Source: Bryobacteraceae bacterium
GTDB taxonomy: Bacteria > Acidobacteriota > Terriglobia > Bryobacterales > Bryobacteraceae
DNA: 64,000 nucleotides
Direction: 5' to 3'
Assembly: GCA_035511215.1 (NCBI GenBank)
Contig: DATKFU010000290.1
Location: 25,593-89,592, forward strand
A program made the translations under genes and the position numbers. Position 1 is the first letter of the stretch. Every line of letters starts with the position of its first letter. This document shows positions 47,897-60,509 of the stretch, piece by piece. The notes under the pieces were generated by a model that saw nothing but the letters and a program-made list of their open reading frames with translations, was not told where the DNA came from and searched no databases.

Positions 47897-49143
47897 ACGC
47901 CGCGCGCAGGAACGCGGCTTACGAAGACACCGACGTGCGACTCCGCGGCGAACCGGGCGACCTTCAGGTGCAGGCGCGTTTCACCCTGCGCAACATCTCC
48001 GGCGATTCCTGGCGCGCGGAAGACGGATTCGCCGCCGGTTTCCATATCTACGATTCCGAAACCGGAACGCTGGTGATGGATGGCGAGCGCCAACCCCCGC
48101 CGGGCGACGTGGCGCCAGGCGGCGCGGTGCCCGTGGATCTCCGCTTCGCGCTGCCGCCCGAACCTGGCCGATACGACGTTTTCATCTCGCCCATGCGCGA
48201 GAACGTCTGCTGGTTCTACACGCTGGGCTGGCCCTTCTTACGGGTGGAAGCGATTGTCGAAGACGGCCGCGCGCGGTTGGAACGCGTGCGGGTGGTGACG
48301 CTGCGCACCATTCGCCGCGAGAATCTGCTGCGCGCCATCGGCCGGTCTTTCACATTGCCGATCATGACTATCGCGCGCAATCGCAGCCTGATCCGCACCA
48401 TGGTCCGGCGCGATATTCTAGGCCGCTATCGCGGCTCTTTTGGCGGGGTATTCTGGACCATCCTGAACCCGCTGCTGCTGATGCTGACCTACTTCTTCGT
48501 ATTCGGCGTAGTGCTGCAGACGAAGATCGGCCCGGATCCCAGCCGCGCCAGCTTCGCTCTCTATTTCCTGGCCGGGATGCTGCCGTGGCTGGCCTTCAGC
48601 GAGGCCGCCGGCCGCGCCCCCAGCGTGATGCTGGAGCATCGGAACTTCGTCAAGAAGCTGGTCTTCGCGGTGGAGACGCTGCCCATCAACCTGGTGGTAT
48701 CGGGCCTGGTAACCGAGACCTTCGCGCTGCTGCTTTTCACCATCGGCGTGTTCCTGGCGCACGGGAAAGTGCCTGCTTCGATGCTGTGGCTGCCCGCGTT
48801 GATCGTGCCGCAAGTGCTTTTCACCTCGGGCGTCTGCTGGTTCCTGGGTGCGCTGGGCGTGTTCGTACGCGACCTGGGGCAGGTGATCGGATTTCTGCTG
48901 ACTCTCTGGTTTTTCCTGACTCCCATCTGTTATCCGGAAGCATCGCTGCCCGCAGTGGCGCTGCCGCTGCTCGCCAGGAATCCCATGTTCGTGCTGGTGC
49001 GCGGCTATCGCGCCATCTTTCTGGAGGGCCATGCGCCCGTATGGGGCTCGTTGTGGAAGCTTTGGATCGCGGCGGCGGCCGTCTTCATCCTGGGGCACGC
49101 CTGGTTCTATAAACTGCGCCGGTCGTTCGCCGATATCATCTGA
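47893..49143 (+). CDS. ABC-2 (Wzm/TagG-type) polysaccharide export permease with an N-terminal soluble extension of roughly 150 aa
   Basis: ATGA overlap with the upstream gene. Residues from about 150 to 416 read IRTMVRRDILGRYRGSFGGVFWTILNPLLLMLTYFFVFGVVL plus 6 TM helices, which is typical Wzm. The N-terminal part is beta-rich (RFTLRNISGDSWRAEDGFAAGFHIYDSETGTLVMDGERQPPPGDVAPGGAVPVDLRFALPPEPGRYDVFISPMRENVCWF). Confidence 0.8.
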   Translation: MNAARRNAAYEDTDVRLRGEPGDLQVQARFTLRNISGDSWRAEDGFAAGFHIYDSETGTLVMDGERQPPPGDVAPGGAVPVDLRFALPPEPGRYDVFISPMRENVCWFYTLGWPFLRVEAIVEDGRARLERVRVVTLRTIRRENLLRAIGRSFTLPIMTIARNRSLIRTMVRRDILGRYRGSFGGVFWTILNPLLLMLTYFFVFGVVLQTKIGPDPSRASFALYFLAGMLPWLAFSEAAGRAPSVMLEHRNFVKKLVFAVETLPINLVVSGLVTETFALLLFTIGVFLAHGKVPASMLWLPALIVPQVLFTSGVCWFLGALGVFVRDLGQVIGFLLTLWFFLTPICYPEASLPAVALPLLARNPMFVLVRGYRAIFLEGHAPVWGSLWKLWIAAAAVFILGHAWFYKLRRSFADII

Positions 49144-49152
49144 GACCGATGC

Positions 49153-49740
49153 ATGCTGGCCAAGCTGACCGCCGCCCTTGTCGCGTTTGGACCCATTGGC
49201 ATCCTGGTGTTGGCATTCATCGATTCGGCCGGTATTCCGGTGGCCTCGGGAATGGACGCGCTGGTGATCCTGGTGGCGGCCAAAACGCCATCGCGCGCTC
49301 TGCTGGCCGCTTCCATGGGAGTCGTGGGATCGACGATCGGCAACGTGGCGCTCTTCATGGCCGCGCGGACCGGCGCACGGCGCTTCATAAAGGACGTGCC
49401 GCAGCCGGGAGACAAGCGGCGCTTCCGCGAGTGGTTCAAGCGCTACGGATTGTTGACCATTTTTGTCCCGTGCATGCTGCCGATCCCGCTGCCGTTGAAG
49501 GTATTCGTGATCTCGGCGGCGACGTTCGGCACTCCGCTACGGACGTTCGTGTTCGTGATCGTGCTGGGCCGGTCGATCCGGTACTTCGGCGAGGCGTACC
49601 TGGGGGTGGTGCTCGGCGAGGGATCGGGGCCGTACCTGCGCGCGCACACCTGGCACCTGGTAGGCGGCGCGGTGGCGCTGTTCGCGGTGCTGTATGCGCT
49701 GTTGATGTGGACGGAGCGGCGGCGGGGGCGTGCGATATAA
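49153..49740 (+). CDS. DedA-superfamily (YqaA/SNARE-associated, VTT-domain) membrane protein
   Basis: LVLAFIDSAGIPVASGMDALVILVAA..., GSTIGNVALFMAARTGARRF, FREWFKRYGLLTIFVPCMLPIPLPLKVFVISAATFG. Confidence 0.7.
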   Translation: MLAKLTAALVAFGPIGILVLAFIDSAGIPVASGMDALVILVAAKTPSRALLAASMGVVGSTIGNVALFMAARTGARRFIKDVPQPGDKRRFREWFKRYGLLTIFVPCMLPIPLPLKVFVISAATFGTPLRTFVFVIVLGRSIRYFGEAYLGVVLGEGSGPYLRAHTWHLVGGAVALFAVLYALLMWTERRRGRAI

Positions 49741-49748
49741 TAGAGCCG

Positions 49749-50012
49749 ATGATCAATCAGCCGTTCTTCCAGGTTGCATTGCCGCTGATGGTCACCATTC
49801 TGATCGCCGCCTTTACCGCGGCTTGGTCCAGCAACAAACGGATCGATGAACTCAGCCGCCGGCTGGATGATACGAATCGGCGTATCGATGAAACCAATCG
49901 GCGCTTAGATCGGATGGAATCGGCGTTTCAGGATATGCGGAACGTGCTCATGTCTATCGATCACCGCCTCACCGTGCTTGAGGAACGTAGCTTCCCGTTA
50001 GTGCGCGGATAG
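49749..50012 (+). CDS. Small single-TM coiled-coil protein (hypothetical)
   Basis: MINQPFFQVALPLMVTILIAAFTAAWSS followed by a heptad-like stretch NKRIDELSRRLDDTNRRIDETNRRLDRMESAFQDMRNVLMSIDHRLTVLEE. It is the in-frame tail of an implausible 287-aa track ORF. Confidence 0.45.
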   Translation: MINQPFFQVALPLMVTILIAAFTAAWSSNKRIDELSRRLDDTNRRIDETNRRLDRMESAFQDMRNVLMSIDHRLTVLEERSFPLVRG

Positions 50013-52663
<2,651 letters not shown>

Positions 52664-52667
<4 letters not shown>

Positions 52668-55324
52668 TCCTCACGCAACGCTGCCATCGGATCGAGCCGC
52701 GCTGCACGATGCGCGGGCAGATAGGCCGCGATCCCGGTCGCGACTCCCAACACCACGGCCGCGATGGCCAGCGGCGTGGCGTCGTGCGGCTTCACGCCGT
52801 AAAGCAGGCTCGCCACCAGGCGTCCGGCAGCCAGCGATGCGCCCAGGCCGAGCGCCGTGCCAAGGGCCAGCATGGCGGCTACTTCGCGCAGCACCAGCCA
52901 GACCACCGACGCGGGCTGCGCTCCGAGCGCCATGCGGATACCAATTTCGGCCTGCCGCCGTGCGACTCCATAAGCAGTCACGCCGTACAGCCCGATCATG
53001 GCCAATAGCAGCGCTAGTCCGCCGAAGAATGCAGACAGCAGTGCGACCATGCGGGGTTGCAACAGCGATTCGCTCACCTGCGTTTCGAGGTTGCGAAACT
53101 CCAGAGAGATGCCCCGGTTCACTTCACCGATCGCCGCACGAACCGCTGGTATGAACGTCTCGACCGGACGCTCCGAACGGACTTCGAAGGTCACTTCCGC
53201 CCAAGGCTCCGCATCCTGCGCACCGGCTACATAGGCCGACAGGAGCGGGTCTTCATTGACTTCCTCATACTTGATGTCCTTGACCACGCCAATCACCTGG
53301 TAGACGTCTTGCTTCCCGGGGCGACTATCTGTACGGATGGTCTTGCCGATGGGATTGGCGTGCCCGAAGAACTTGCGCGCCGTCGACTCCCCAATCAGCA
53401 TCACCTGGGGGGCGCCGGCATCATCGTGCGCGGAGAAATCGCGGCCCAACAGCAACGGCAGCCGCATGGTCGCGAAGTATCCGGGAGAAACGCGGTTGAA
53501 GTATACCAGAGTGTCGAGTTTTCCTTTCGATGAATAGCCCTCCGGCGACACGATGTCATTCCAGGTCGAGCCGCTGATGGGCGTCACCACGGAACTGGAG
53601 GCCGACGACACGCCGGGGATGGCTCGCAGGCGCTCCACGATTTCGCTATAAAGGCGCGGGCGTTGCGCCCTTGGAACATTGGACTGCATCGTGGCGGCCT
53701 GGACCAGCAGAACATTGTGGCGGTTGAAACCGAGGTCGGTATTCAAGAGATTGCGAAGAGTGCCCAGGAAGAGGCCGGCGCCCACCAGCAGCATCAGCGA
53801 TAGGGCGACCTGGCCGGTGGCCAGAACGCGGCCCAGACCGAAGCGGCCCGCCACCATGCCGCGCGCGTGCTCCTTCAGGACGTTGTTGGGCGATACGCTG
53901 GTGGCGCGCAGGGCGGGCGCCAGTCCGAACAGAAGCCCCGTGAAAATGGCCACGCCCATGGTGAAGGCAAGCACACGCAGGTCTGGTGCGGTGTCGAGTT
54001 GCAGTTCGCTGCCGGCCTTCGACAGGAAGCGCACCAGCAGACGGCTTCCCCAGACGGCAAAAAGCAGACCGCCAACTGCACCCAGAACGGAGAACAACAG
54101 GCTTTCCGACATGAGCTGGCGCATCACGCGTCGGCGCGCTGCGCCGATGGCCATGCGGATGGAGATTTCGCGCTGGCGGGCCGCGGCGCGGGCCAGCAGC
54201 AGGTTCGCGATATTGGCACAGGCGATGAGGAGCACCAGGCCGACCACGGCCATCAGAGTGAAAAGCGCCGTGCGGTAATGTGTGCCCGTATCCGAGAAGC
54301 CTGTAGCGGCGGGACGCAAGGCAAACGTTCGCTGCAGGTATTGCTTCTGGCCGTCCGCATCCCAATCGGTGGGAAGCGTGGCGCGATTGAGCTCCGGCGC
54401 CAGCGCCTTCATCTTCGCGTCGGCCTGTGGTAGAGTTTCGCCCGGCGTGAGACGGCCCAGAATGCGCAGCCACCACCAGCTGCGGGCGGCCAGCGCGCTT
54501 TGGTCGGTGTGCAGGATCGGCTCGCATCCGATCGGAATGGCGACGTCGTAGGCTGTGTCCGTTTCCAATCCCGTGAACCAAGGCGGCGTCACGCCGACAA
54601 TGGTGAACGGGTGCCGGTCGAGGCGGATGGTTTTGCCGACGATATCGGGATCGCTGGCGTAATGCCGCTTCCAGAAACCGTAGCTGATCACCGCGACAGG
54701 TCCCGCGTGTCCGCCGCCATGCAAATCGTCATCCGGCGTGAAGACGCGTCCGCGCACCGCTGGCACGCCGAGGACGCGGAAGAAATCGCCGCTGGCCCAA
54801 ACGCCGTTAGCGAAGTGGCTCTCGCCGCCCGCGGCCAGATCGAAGCGGTATGAACTGTAGGCCAAGGTTCCGGAGAATGCCTGCTGGTGATCGCGCACGT
54901 GCTCCCAGATGGGGTTGGTGAAAGCCACGGACATCGGGCTGGTGCCGCTGGAATCGGGAGAGCCTACCTGGACGAGGCGTTGCGGATCTTCCACTGGCAG
55001 GGAACGCAGCATCACGGCGTTGAGGATGCTGAAAATGGCTGTGTTTGCGCCTATGCCGAGGGCCAGCGACAGGATCGCGGTGGCGGCGAATCCGGGATTG
55101 GCGCGCAGGGTTCGCAGGGCGTAGCGGGTGTCTTGGGCGAGGGTCTGGAGGAACGGCCAGATCCAGACGGCGCGGCTGGATTCGTGGAGTTGGGTTATGT
55201 TGCCTAGAGAGCGGGTGGGGGACTGGGAGATCAGGTCACGGTGCAGTTGCATTTCGTCGGCTAGGTCTTGCGCTTGCTGGTTACGGTTAAGAAGATAACT
55301 CAGTCTGCGCCTTAGTTCGCCCAT
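52664..55324 (-). CDS. ADOP-family duplicated permease, tandem paralog of 50013-52667
   Basis: Start chosen at ATG 55324 (MGELRRRLSYLLNRNQQAQDLADEMQLHRDLI), after GGAGGA. It aligns by eye with the downstream paralog over its full length, with long identical blocks such as WIWPF..TLAQDTRYALRTLRANPGFAATA. Confidence 0.9.
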
Positions 55325-55342
55325 ATGGTCCTCCAGGGGCAG

Positions 55343-55385
55343 AGCCGCCCAAAAGGGCGGCTGCGGGCATGATTGCCCGCCCTCC
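55343..55385 (-). repeat. Two-hairpin intergenic element (diverged GGAGGGC-box copy) directly upstream of the ADOP gene at 55324
   Basis: The minus strand reads ggagggcgggcaatcatgcccgc-a-gccgcccttttgggcggct. Hairpin 1 gcgggca/tgcccgc is 7 bp perfect. Hairpin 2 agccgccc/gggcggct is 8 bp perfect. Confidence 0.6.
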
Positions 55386-55436
55386 ATCTCCTGACATAGT
55401 TAGACTATGCCAGATTCGGTTGGTTAGGTCAAGCGG

Positions 55437-57614
55437 CTAATTTATGTCGTAGGTGTGGATGTCCTGGTCCTCGAGATATTTGTCGAACCAGGCGACGATG
55501 TGCTGCAAACGCTCGACGCGATGGACGGGCTTGCCGGAGCGCGACAGCTCGTGCGTTTCGCCGGGGAACCGCACCATCACCACGGGCTTCTTCAGGTACT
55601 TCAGCGCGCGGAACATCTGCTCACCGCCCGCGCCCGGCGGCGTACGGAAGTCGGACTCGCCTTCGATCAGCATCAGCGGCGTGGTGATTTTGTCGACGTA
55701 GGTAATCGGCGACCGCTCCTTGAAATCCGCCTCCTGCTCCCAGGGGGCGCCGCGGAACCAGAAGGTTGTAAACAGGGTGAAATCGGCGGTGTACCAGAAG
55801 TGGCGCCAGTCGGCGATGGATCGCTGCGAGACGGCGGCCTTGAAGCGGGTGGTGTGGCCGATGGTCCAGTTGGTGAGCACGCCGCCGCCGCTGCCGCCGG
55901 TGACGCCGAGCTTTTCGGGGTCCACCCAACCGCGCGCCACGAGCTCGTCGACGCCCGCCATGAGGTCTTTGAAGTCGTCACCCGGATAATGGTACTGGAT
56001 GATGTTGCCGAACTCCTGGCCGTAGCTGGTGCTGCCGCGCGGATTGGGATAGAGCACGACGTAGCCCTTGGCGGCCATCCATTGGAATTCATGGTCGAAG
56101 GTGTAGCCATATGCGCCATGCGGGCCGCCGTGGATGTCGAGGATCAAGGGATACTTTTTGCCGGGCGCGAAATCGGGCGGGCGTTGCACCCAGGCCTGGA
56201 TGCGGCGGCCATCGAAGCTCTTGTACCAGATCATTTCGGGCTCGGTGAGTTTGAGCGCGGCGAACAGCTCGTCATTGATATGAGTGAGACGGTCGACATG
56301 GCCGGGAAGGCCGGCCATCACGAACAAGTCGCCGATGTTGGTCGGCGACGAGATCAGCAGGGCGGTCTTCGATCCGTCGGGCGTGGCGCTATAGGAGAAG
56401 ACGCTGTGATCGCCCCGGGTGAACGGTTCGACCTTGCCGGTTTCCGCGTCGATGCGCTTGAGATTGGCGCGGCCCTCTTCGGCGGAATCGACGAAGATAC
56501 TGCGGCCGTCGGCGCTCCAATATGGCTTCGATGCACCGCCGGCGCGCGGGGGAGCCTGATCGCCGCCCACACCGCCGCCGATATCGAAGTCATAGGCCGC
56601 GGTCAGATTTCGGGGAGCAGCGCCGGGCTCCGTGGAGGCGATGAAGAGATCCGGCTGGCTGTAAGAGCGCTGCGGCAGGCCATCGCCGGCATTGAGCGAG
56701 CCGACGAAGGCGATATGGCCGCCGTCGGGGCTGAGCGCGATGGAGTCGATGGAACCGTCGATACCGGCGACTTTGACGATGTCGCCGCCGGCCGCGTTGA
56801 CGGCGTAGATCTCGTCGTGCGGGGGCTCGTAATAAGGCTCGCGCACGCGGTTGGAGGTGAAGTAGATTTTTGCGGCATCGTGCGCGCCGGGGCGAGACCA
56901 GACGATATCCGATTCGCTGAACTCGCCGGTGGTCACCTGGGTGGCTTTCTGCACGGCGGCGAGTGTGGCGGGCACAGGCACGCTCCAGATATGCGTGGGC
57001 CGATCCGGCTCATAGTATCCTTCGCCGTTCATGCGGTACTCGGCCTTGACGATCACGCGGACGTCGCTCGGTTCCTCATCTTTTCCATCCTTTTTCGTAT
57101 CGGGCTTCTTGTCGAAGTCTTTGGGAAGCGTGGTGGACAGGAAGGCGATGTGCTGGCCATCGGGCGACCATGCGAGGCCACTGGCACCTTTAGGGAGGTC
57201 GGTAAGCTGGCGCGCTTCGCCTCCATCCATAGAAAGTAAATAGATTTGCGGTGGTTGGGGCTTGCCGGCGCTGTCCTTTTGGTCCTTTTGGTCCTTTTGC
57301 TCGGGTACGCGGAGGAAGGCCAGGGTGCGGCCGTCGGGCGACCAGCACGCGGACGAATCGTGCGTTCCGGCGGTGAGCGGACGCGCGGCGCCTCCGGCGA
57401 AGGGGATGATCCACAGCGACGTTTCGTAGTTGTCGTGCTTGGCATTTACGGTGACGAGCGTGTAGACGATTTTCGCGCCATCCGGCGAGATCTGGGGCGA
57501 AGCGATCCAGCGAAAGGAGTACAGGTCGGTTTCGGCGATGGGGCGCTTGGGGGCAGCCACCGAGAGGGTGGGGACGAACAAAAGGCAAGGAAAGAGGCGG
57601 AATAGGTTGCACAT
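55437..57614 (-). CDS. S9-family serine peptidase (prolyl oligopeptidase/acylaminoacyl peptidase type) with an N-terminal beta-propeller
   Basis: 725 aa. Signal peptide; TolB/WD40-like repeats ([36 protein letters not shown]). Catalytic GVTGGSGGG (GxSxG), plus the downstream D and H region ([15 protein letters not shown]). Confidence 0.9.
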   Translation of the reverse strand: MCNLFRLFPCLLFVPTLSVAAPKRPIAETDLYSFRWIASPQISPDGAKIVYTLVTVNAKHDNYETSLWIIPFAGGAARPLTAGTHDSSACWSPDGRTLAFLRVPEQKDQKDQKDSAGKPQPPQIYLLSMDGGEARQLTDLPKGASGLAWSPDGQHIAFLSTTLPKDFDKKPDTKKDGKDEEPSDVRVIVKAEYRMNGEGYYEPDRPTHIWSVPVPATLAAVQKATQVTTGEFSESDIVWSRPGAHDAAKIYFTSNRVREPYYEPPHDEIYAVNAAGGDIVKVAGIDGSIDSIALSPDGGHIAFVGSLNAGDGLPQRSYSQPDLFIASTEPGAAPRNLTAAYDFDIGGGVGGDQAPPRAGGASKPYWSADGRSIFVDSAEEGRANLKRIDAETGKVEPFTRGDHSVFSYSATPDGSKTALLISSPTNIGDLFVMAGLPGHVDRLTHINDELFAALKLTEPEMIWYKSFDGRRIQAWVQRPPDFAPGKKYPLILDIHGGPHGAYGYTFDHEFQWMAAKGYVVLYPNPRGSTSYGQEFGNIIQYHYPGDDFKDLMAGVDELVARGWVDPEKLGVTGGSGGGVLTNWTIGHTTRFKAAVSQRSIADWRHFWYTADFTLFTTFWFRGAPWEQEADFKERSPITYVDKITTPLMLIEGESDFRTPPGAGGEQMFRALKYLKKPVVMVRFPGETHELSRSGKPVHRVERLQHIVAWFDKYLEDQDIHTYDIN

Positions 57615-57642
57615 TGTTGCATTAGATCACAGGACGCGCAGC

Positions 57643-57681
57643 CGGGCTGGGAGCCCCGCGCAGGCTGCGAGCCTGCCCCAC
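57643..57681 (-). repeat. GTGGGGC-box two-hairpin element upstream of the S9 peptidase gene
   Basis: The minus strand reads gtggggcaggctcgcagcctgc-gcggggctcccagcccg. Hairpin 1 gcaggct/agcctgc is 7 bp. Hairpin 2 gggct/agccc is 5 bp. Confidence 0.6.
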
Positions 57682-57715
57682 AAACATATAGAGGAGGACG
57701 GCGTCTAATGTTCTT

Positions 57716-60172
57716 ATGGAAACCTTCTGGATGGACCTGAAGCAGGCCTTCCGCATGCTGCGGCAGAGCCCCGGCTTTACGGCCACGGCTATATGCGCGC
57801 TGGCGCTGGGGATTGGCGCAAACACGGCCATTTTCTCGATCGTCAACACGGCGCTGCTGAAGCCTCTGGCCTTCCCCGATGCGGATCGCATCGTCACCCT
57901 GCTGACCAAGACTCCGCAAGGCGGTTTCCCGGGCGCTTCGGTGCCCAAGTACAACGCCTGGCGGAGCCAAACGCAGGTGCTCGAAGACGTGAGCGCCTAC
58001 GACCCGGGCGGGCCGGGGCTCAATCTCAGCGGCGGCGACCACCCCGAGCAGCTGAAAGGCATCCACGTTTCGTACGAATTCTTCCATCTGTTTGGCGCGC
58101 AAACGGCCATCGGGCGCACGTTCACCGGGGGCGAAGACCGTCCCCGCGGCGGCAACGTGATCGTGCTGTCCAACGGCCTGTGGCGGCGGCGATTCGGCGC
58201 CGATCCGGGCATTGTGGGCAAGCCGCTGACCCTGGGCGGCGAGCAATACACCGTGATCGGCGTGCTGGCCCCCGGCTTCACTTTCGATCCGTTCCCGGAT
58301 GTCTACATACCATTCCAGGCGGACCCCAACAGCACCAACCAGGGCCATTACTTCCAGGCCGCCGCGCGGCTAAAGCCGGGCGTTTCGCTGAGCGCGGCGC
58401 AAGCCGCCCTCAAGCTGACCGGCGAGGAGTTCAAGCGCCGCTATCCGAACAGCATGGATCGCAATATGAGTTTCTCGGCCGAACCGATGCAAGAGCTTCT
58501 GGTGCGCAACGTGAAGACCGCGCTGTTCGTATTGCTGGGCGCGGTCGGCTGTGTGCTGTTGATCGCCTGCGCCAACGTAGCCAGCCTGCTGCTGGCGCGC
58601 GCCACCGGCCGCTCGCGCGAGATCGCCATCCGCGCGGCGATTGGGGCGGGGCGCGGCCGCATCGTGCGCCAACTGCTTACGGAAAGCGTGCTGCTGGCAA
58701 TGGCCGGCGGCGTGGTTGGCCTGGGGATCGGCGCGCTGGGCGTGCGGGCGCTGCTGGCGGTGAATCCGGGCAACATTCCACGCATCGGTCCGAACGGTTC
58801 GGCGGTGTCGCTCGATTGGACCGTGATGGGGTTCACGCTGCTGCTGGCGTTCGCAACCGGCATCCTCTTCGGACTGGTTCCCGCGCTGCAGGCGTCGCGC
58901 GCGGACCTGAACATCACGCTGAAAGAAACCGGCGCGCGCGGCGGTTCCGGCATGCGCCAGAACAAGATACGCGGCGCGCTGGTGATGGTGGAAATGGCGC
59001 TGGCGATCGTGCTGCTGATCGGCGCGGGCCTGCTGATCCGGACGTTTTCCGCCCTGCACACCGTGGCGCCGGGTTTCGATGCACATAACGTGCTGACCAT
59101 GGATACCGCGCTCACCGGGAGCCATTTCGACCGCACCGCCGCCATCGAGACGATGACTCGCCAGGCGCTCGACCGCATTCATGCGATCCCTGGAGTTGAG
59201 GCAGCGGCCGCCACTTCCTATCTGCCGCTGGAGGGCGGCCTGGGCCTGGGATTCATTATCGAAGGGCGCCCGTTGACCGACGGACCGGCGCACGGCGGCA
59301 CTAGCTGGAACTACGTTACGGCGCGCTTCTTCGACGTCTTCAGGATTCCGATCCTGCGCGGCCGCGCTTTCACGGAGCGGGACGATGCGGCCGGGCCGCC
59401 GGTGGTGGTGATCAACCAGGCTTTCGCGAAGAGGTACTGGAAAGACGGAGACCCGATCGGCCACCGGCTGATCATCGGGCGCGGGATGGGGCCGGATTTT
59501 GAGCAGCCGCCGCGCGAGATTATCGGCATCGCGGGCGATGCGCGCGATGGCGGGCTGAACAACGACCCGCAGCCGGAGACCTTCGTTCCCCTGGCGCAAG
59601 TGGGCGACGCGTACATGACCCTGAACAACCGCTTCATGCCGCTGAGCTGGGTGGTGCGCACCAAAGTGGCGCCGTTCTCGGTATCGGCGCCCATACAGCG
59701 CGCGTTTCAGGATGCCGCGGATTTGCCGGTGGCGCATATCCGCAGCATGGACCAGATCGTGATGGGGTCCACCGCGCGCGACCAGTTCAACACGTGGGTG
59801 CTGGGCATTTTCGCGGCGGTGGCCATCCTGCTGGCGGCGATCGGGCTTTATGGCTTGATGGCTTATACGGTGGAACAGCGGACGCTGGAATTCGGCATCC
59901 GGCTGGCTCTGGGCGCCGATTTTCCAGCGCTGCGGAATATGATCGTGCGGCAGGCGATGCTGCTGGCAGGGGCGGGGATCGTGGCGGGGCTGGCTGCGGC
60001 TTACGGGCTGACACGATTTCTCGGGAGCGTGCTGTTTAGCGTGAAACCGACCGATCCGGTGGTGTTCGGGTCGGTGACGGTGCTGTTTACCGGGGTGGCG
60101 TTTCTGGCGAGCTATCTGCCGGCGCGGCGGGCTCTGCGGGTTGACCCGATGGTCGCGTTGCGGTACGAGTGA
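57716..60172 (+). CDS. ADOP-family duplicated permease
   Basis: 818 aa. [48 protein letters not shown]; second FtsX module; C-terminus LPARRALRVDPMVALRYE. Confidence 0.9.
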   Translation: METFWMDLKQAFRMLRQSPGFTATAICALALGIGANTAIFSIVNTALLKPLAFPDADRIVTLLTKTPQGGFPGASVPKYNAWRSQTQVLEDVSAYDPGGPGLNLSGGDHPEQLKGIHVSYEFFHLFGAQTAIGRTFTGGEDRPRGGNVIVLSNGLWRRRFGADPGIVGKPLTLGGEQYTVIGVLAPGFTFDPFPDVYIPFQADPNSTNQGHYFQAAARLKPGVSLSAAQAALKLTGEEFKRRYPNSMDRNMSFSAEPMQELLVRNVKTALFVLLGAVGCVLLIACANVASLLLARATGRSREIAIRAAIGAGRGRIVRQLLTESVLLAMAGGVVGLGIGALGVRALLAVNPGNIPRIGPNGSAVSLDWTVMGFTLLLAFATGILFGLVPALQASRADLNITLKETGARGGSGMRQNKIRGALVMVEMALAIVLLIGAGLLIRTFSALHTVAPGFDAHNVLTMDTALTGSHFDRTAAIETMTRQALDRIHAIPGVEAAAATSYLPLEGGLGLGFIIEGRPLTDGPAHGGTSWNYVTARFFDVFRIPILRGRAFTERDDAAGPPVVVINQAFAKRYWKDGDPIGHRLIIGRGMGPDFEQPPREIIGIAGDARDGGLNNDPQPETFVPLAQVGDAYMTLNNRFMPLSWVVRTKVAPFSVSAPIQRAFQDAADLPVAHIRSMDQIVMGSTARDQFNTWVLGIFAAVAILLAAIGLYGLMAYTVEQRTLEFGIRLALGADFPALRNMIVRQAMLLAGAGIVAGLAAAYGLTRFLGSVLFSVKPTDPVVFGSVTVLFTGVAFLASYLPARRALRVDPMVALRYE

Positions 60173-60177
60173 GTGAG

Positions 60178-60238
60178 GCGGTAACGTCGCTGTACAGCTA
60201 ACTTGCTGATTCTAATATGAGTGCGCAGACGTTACCGC
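60178..60238 (+). other. Stem-loop with an 11-bp perfect stem, 6 nt after the ADOP stop
   Basis: gcggtaacgtc (60178-60188) pairs with gacgttaccgc (60228-60238). The 39-nt loop contains the 10-bp palindrome gctgtacagc. No U-tract follows. Confidence 0.5.
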
Positions 60239-60374
60239 AGAGAAATTGGCTTCGTATGGAAAATTCGGCGGTTTCCGCCACGCAAGATTTCGAACTATTC
60301 CGCTTAAAAGCCGGCCTGTAACCTGGATGTAACTTCCCCACCAAACAGCCAGAGATGAAAATGCGGAAGGCTTG

Positions 60375-60402
60375 CCGGGCGGGGTCCTAAGACTCCGCCC
60401 GG
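60375..60402 (+). other. Strong GC hairpin in the spacer upstream of the ECF sigma gene
   Basis: ccgggcggggtc-ctaa-gactccgcccgg: 12-bp stem with one G:U and a 4-nt loop. Confidence 0.5.
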
Positions 60403-60509
60403 GTCGCGTCGAACATATTTGACCCTATATTTGTGACTTCTTGGTCCCCTTCTGATCGGGGATATCGCTTATCATATCATAAAGACTGTAGCGGAGCGTA
60501 CAAATTCCT

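Noticed and set aside
49149-50012. 287-aa ORF spanning the DedA-like gene in another frame
   Set aside because: The first ~200 codons are an Arg/Gly/Ala-rich shadow of the DedA-like gene. Only the last 87 codons (from ATG 49749) look like a real TM plus coiled-coil protein.
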